NCBI GenBank assembly: GCA_001805105.1
Contig: MHEE01000012.1
Span: forward strand, 25,590-89,589
Direction: 5' to 3'
From: Nitrospirae bacterium GWF2_44_13
GTDB taxonomy: Bacteria; Nitrospirota; Thermodesulfovibrionia; Thermodesulfovibrionales; UBA1546
Length of the DNA: 64,000 bases
Shown here: piece after piece, positions 62,397 to 64,000 of the stretch
How the letters are laid out: every line of letters begins with the position of its first letter
Position numbering within the stretch: the stretch's first letter is position 1
The notes under the pieces: model-generated
Databases searched by the model: none
The model's input: the letters and a program-made list of their open reading frames with translations, nothing else
What the model was told of the DNA's origin: nothing
Program-made: the position numbers and the translations under genes

Positions 62397-63339
62397 AATA
62401 AGAAAATCCTTTTATGATTGCCTCCGCAAGCTTTGCGCGGGTCTTCTGGTCATAATTCATAACCTTAAATGACGGAATTTCTATTAAGACAGCAGGCGCT
62501 GCCGCAGAATTAAGTACCGGCAGGGGCATCTCTCTTCGTATGACATTAAGATTAAATTCCTCTTTTACTGCCTTTGATATGCCATCGCCAAGCGCCCTGC
62601 TTTTCTGCAAATATCTCTGCTGCCTCAAGCTTAACGAGTACAAAGCCGCGACAGGGTCATAACCTGCATCGCTGATTTTTGAAACGTATAAAGCAAAGCC
62701 CTCTCCTGATGAAACATGGATGCTTACAAATATTTCAGCAAATTTCTGGCTTGTGAACACTGCCCTGTCTTTGATAGACATAAACTGGTCGCTCTTCCTC
62801 GTAAGAAAAACCTTCTTGCCCTTCTTTGCAAACAAATTTTCAATCTCCCTCGCAATAGAAAGAACAATATCTTTTTCTTTAATATCATCGCCTGCAATGC
62901 CGAAATCATATCCTCCATGCCCCGGATCAATAACATAGATTTTCTGCGCAGGCACAATTTCTGATTCCGACTGCGGTTTTATATCTGCCGCTGCCTTTGG
63001 CACTATGTCTATCACAAACCTCGCAGGAGAAGAAAGCCTCATAATCTTTATATCAAAAGGCTCTTTAAGATTAACGGTCAAGATTCTTTCCTTTACGGAA
63101 GTATCCAGATTGATACCTTTTCTGGAAGCGATGTTAAAAGCTGAGGGGAACTCAACATTCAGCTGCAGGCCTGATACAGCGGCATTTGCCTTCTTCAGGA
63201 ATGCTTCTTCAGACTCAAATACAAGGCGAAGAACTCCGTCCTGTTTGCTTGCCCTCATATTTACATCAGTCTTCGGCTGAGCAAAAACAGCGGCAGCCGT
63301 CACAAAAAAGACTATTGCGATAAATGCTGATTTTTTCAT
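62386..63339 (-). CDS. amiC: N-acetylmuramoyl-L-alanine amidase (AMIN + Amidase_3)
   Basis: IDPGHGG and SIH...... motifs of Amidase_3, with an N-terminal AMIN-like domain. I chose the start MKKSAFIAIVFFV (signal peptide). The longest ORF reaches 63417. Confidence 0.85.
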   Translation of the reverse strand: MKKSAFIAIVFFVTAAAVFAQPKTDVNMRASKQDGVLRLVFESEEAFLKKANAAVSGLQLNVEFPSAFNIASRKGINLDTSVKERILTVNLKEPFDIKIMRLSSPARFVIDIVPKAAADIKPQSESEIVPAQKIYVIDPGHGGYDFGIAGDDIKEKDIVLSIAREIENLFAKKGKKVFLTRKSDQFMSIKDRAVFTSQKFAEIFVSIHVSSGEGFALYVSKISDAGYDPVAALYSLSLRQQRYLQKSRALGDGISKAVKEEFNLNVIRREMPLPVLNSAAAPAVLIEIPSFKVMNYDQKTRAKLAEAIIKGFSYYGQ

Positions 63340-63451
63340 AGCATATACATTTTCCATATATGGCGAATGTTTTGCAACCTTCAGCAAAGTCAAGTTGACT
63401 TGTTCAGGCAATATCAATTATTTTATATACTTAGTCGGTATTAAGTTTCTT

Positions 63452-63486
63452 ATTGCTGCCTGCTGAATACTGATTGCTGATTACTT
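63452..63486. repeat. heptanucleotide tandem array related to the GCTGAWN family (intergenic, just upstream of the tRNAs)
   Basis: ATTGCTG CCTGCTG AATACTG ATTGCTG ATTACTT. Confidence 0.55.
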
Positions 63487-63490
63487 GTTT

Positions 63491-63564
63491 TGGGGAGTCG
63501 TCCAACGGCAGGACGGCAGCCTCTGGAGCTGTTTATAGGGGTTCGAATCCTCTCTCCCCAGCCA
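63491..63564 (+). tRNA. tRNA-Gln (anticodon CUG)
   Basis: Hand-folded cloverleaf. Acceptor TGGGGAG/CTCCCCA, D stem GTCC/GGAC, anticodon loop CU-CUG-GA, T arm AGGGG-TTCGAAT-CCTCT, encoded CCA. 74 nt. Confidence 0.9.
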
Positions 63565-63566
63565 TT

Positions 63567-63644
63567 GGTCCCATCGTCTAGCCCGGTCTAGGACGTGGCC
63601 CTCTCAAGGCTAAAACACGGGTTCGAATCCCGTTGGGACCGCCA
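63567..63644 (+). tRNA. tRNA-Glu (anticodon CUC)
   Basis: Hand-folded cloverleaf. Acceptor GGTCCCA/TGGGACC, D stem GTCT/GGAC, anticodon loop CU-CUC-AA, T arm ACGGG-TTCGAAT-CCCGT, encoded CCA. 78 nt, starting 2 nt after tRNA-Gln. Confidence 0.9.
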
Positions 63645-63787
63645 AATCTGTCTGTAAAGAATGGTTGTCTGCGTTATAAGAAAGCTTTCAAAGGGTAAAA
63701 GACACATCAGCATCACTAATTTATTCAAAAAACCAGCGGCGTATGAGATAATTGAGATTACAAACCTATATTCAAAGGAGAACGATT

Positions 63788-64000
63788 ATGGCGCACATCC
63801 CAAGCCCGAGCTACAGCATAACCATCCGAGTTGAAATAGACAACAAGGTTGGAATGTTCGCAAAGCTTGCGACAGCCTTAAGTTATGCGGGAGGCGACCT
63901 CGGCTCAATTGATATCGTACGAGTTGAAAAAGGAAAGATTATCCGTGACATCACTGTCAATGCCCGCGACGAAAAACACGAAAAGGCTATTGTAACCTCT
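63788..64000 (+). CDS. ACT-domain N-terminus of a larger protein (possibly ACT-fused malic enzyme), truncated by the window end
   Basis: My own translation from the ATG at 63788 (AAAGGAGAA upstream) gives MAHIPSPSYSITIRVEIDNKVGMFAKLATALSYAGGDLGSIDIVRVEKGKIIRDITVNARDEKH, an ACT-like beta-alpha-beta-beta pattern. The frame stays open to the window edge. Confidence 0.5.
   Translation, partial: MAHIPSPSYSITIRVEIDNKVGMFAKLATALSYAGGDLGSIDIVRVEKGKIIRDITVNARDEKHEKAIVTS

Overview
Densely coded 64-kb bacterial chromosomal window with about 60 protein genes (most on the minus strand) and two tRNAs. I found no rRNA and no CRISPR array. Most of it is housekeeping: aroE, pgsA, rpe, gyrA, a complete pyrR-pyrB-pyrC-carA-carB operon with a PyrR-type leader, split class-I fumarase, mglA/mglB, four-subunit pyruvate:ferredoxin oxidoreductase, a four-subunit group-3b-like [NiFe] hydrogenase, bioB/bioW/bioD, an ars cluster, GTP-PEPCK, and folP-ftsH-rph-murI-amidase. 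This content fits an anaerobe, but lineage cannot be set from sequence alone. Two things stand out. (1) An A+T-rich accessory island at about 29.7-36.1 kb lies between por and a biotin/mqnA-like cluster. It carries brnT/brnA, an overlapping three-gene cassette (DNA methyltransferase, SIR2-like protein, DUF262-only ParB-like protein), an intact IS481-family element with 26-bp inverted repeats, and a DUF4160/DUF2442 pair. The cassette is my best candidate for an undescribed methylation-linked, NAD-targeting defence system. (2) Dispersed heptanucleotide (7-nt) tandem arrays of several families are often arranged as imperfect inverted arm pairs around a short T-rich spacer. They occur in intergenic DNA and also in-frame inside conserved genes (carB twice, pyrC, tatD-rSAM, dagK, aroE, fumarase beta), where they add recurring peptides such as [10 protein letters not shown] and [10 protein letters not shown]. 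All calls rest on motif recognition in the supplied translations and manual reading of the DNA. No database search or computation was run.
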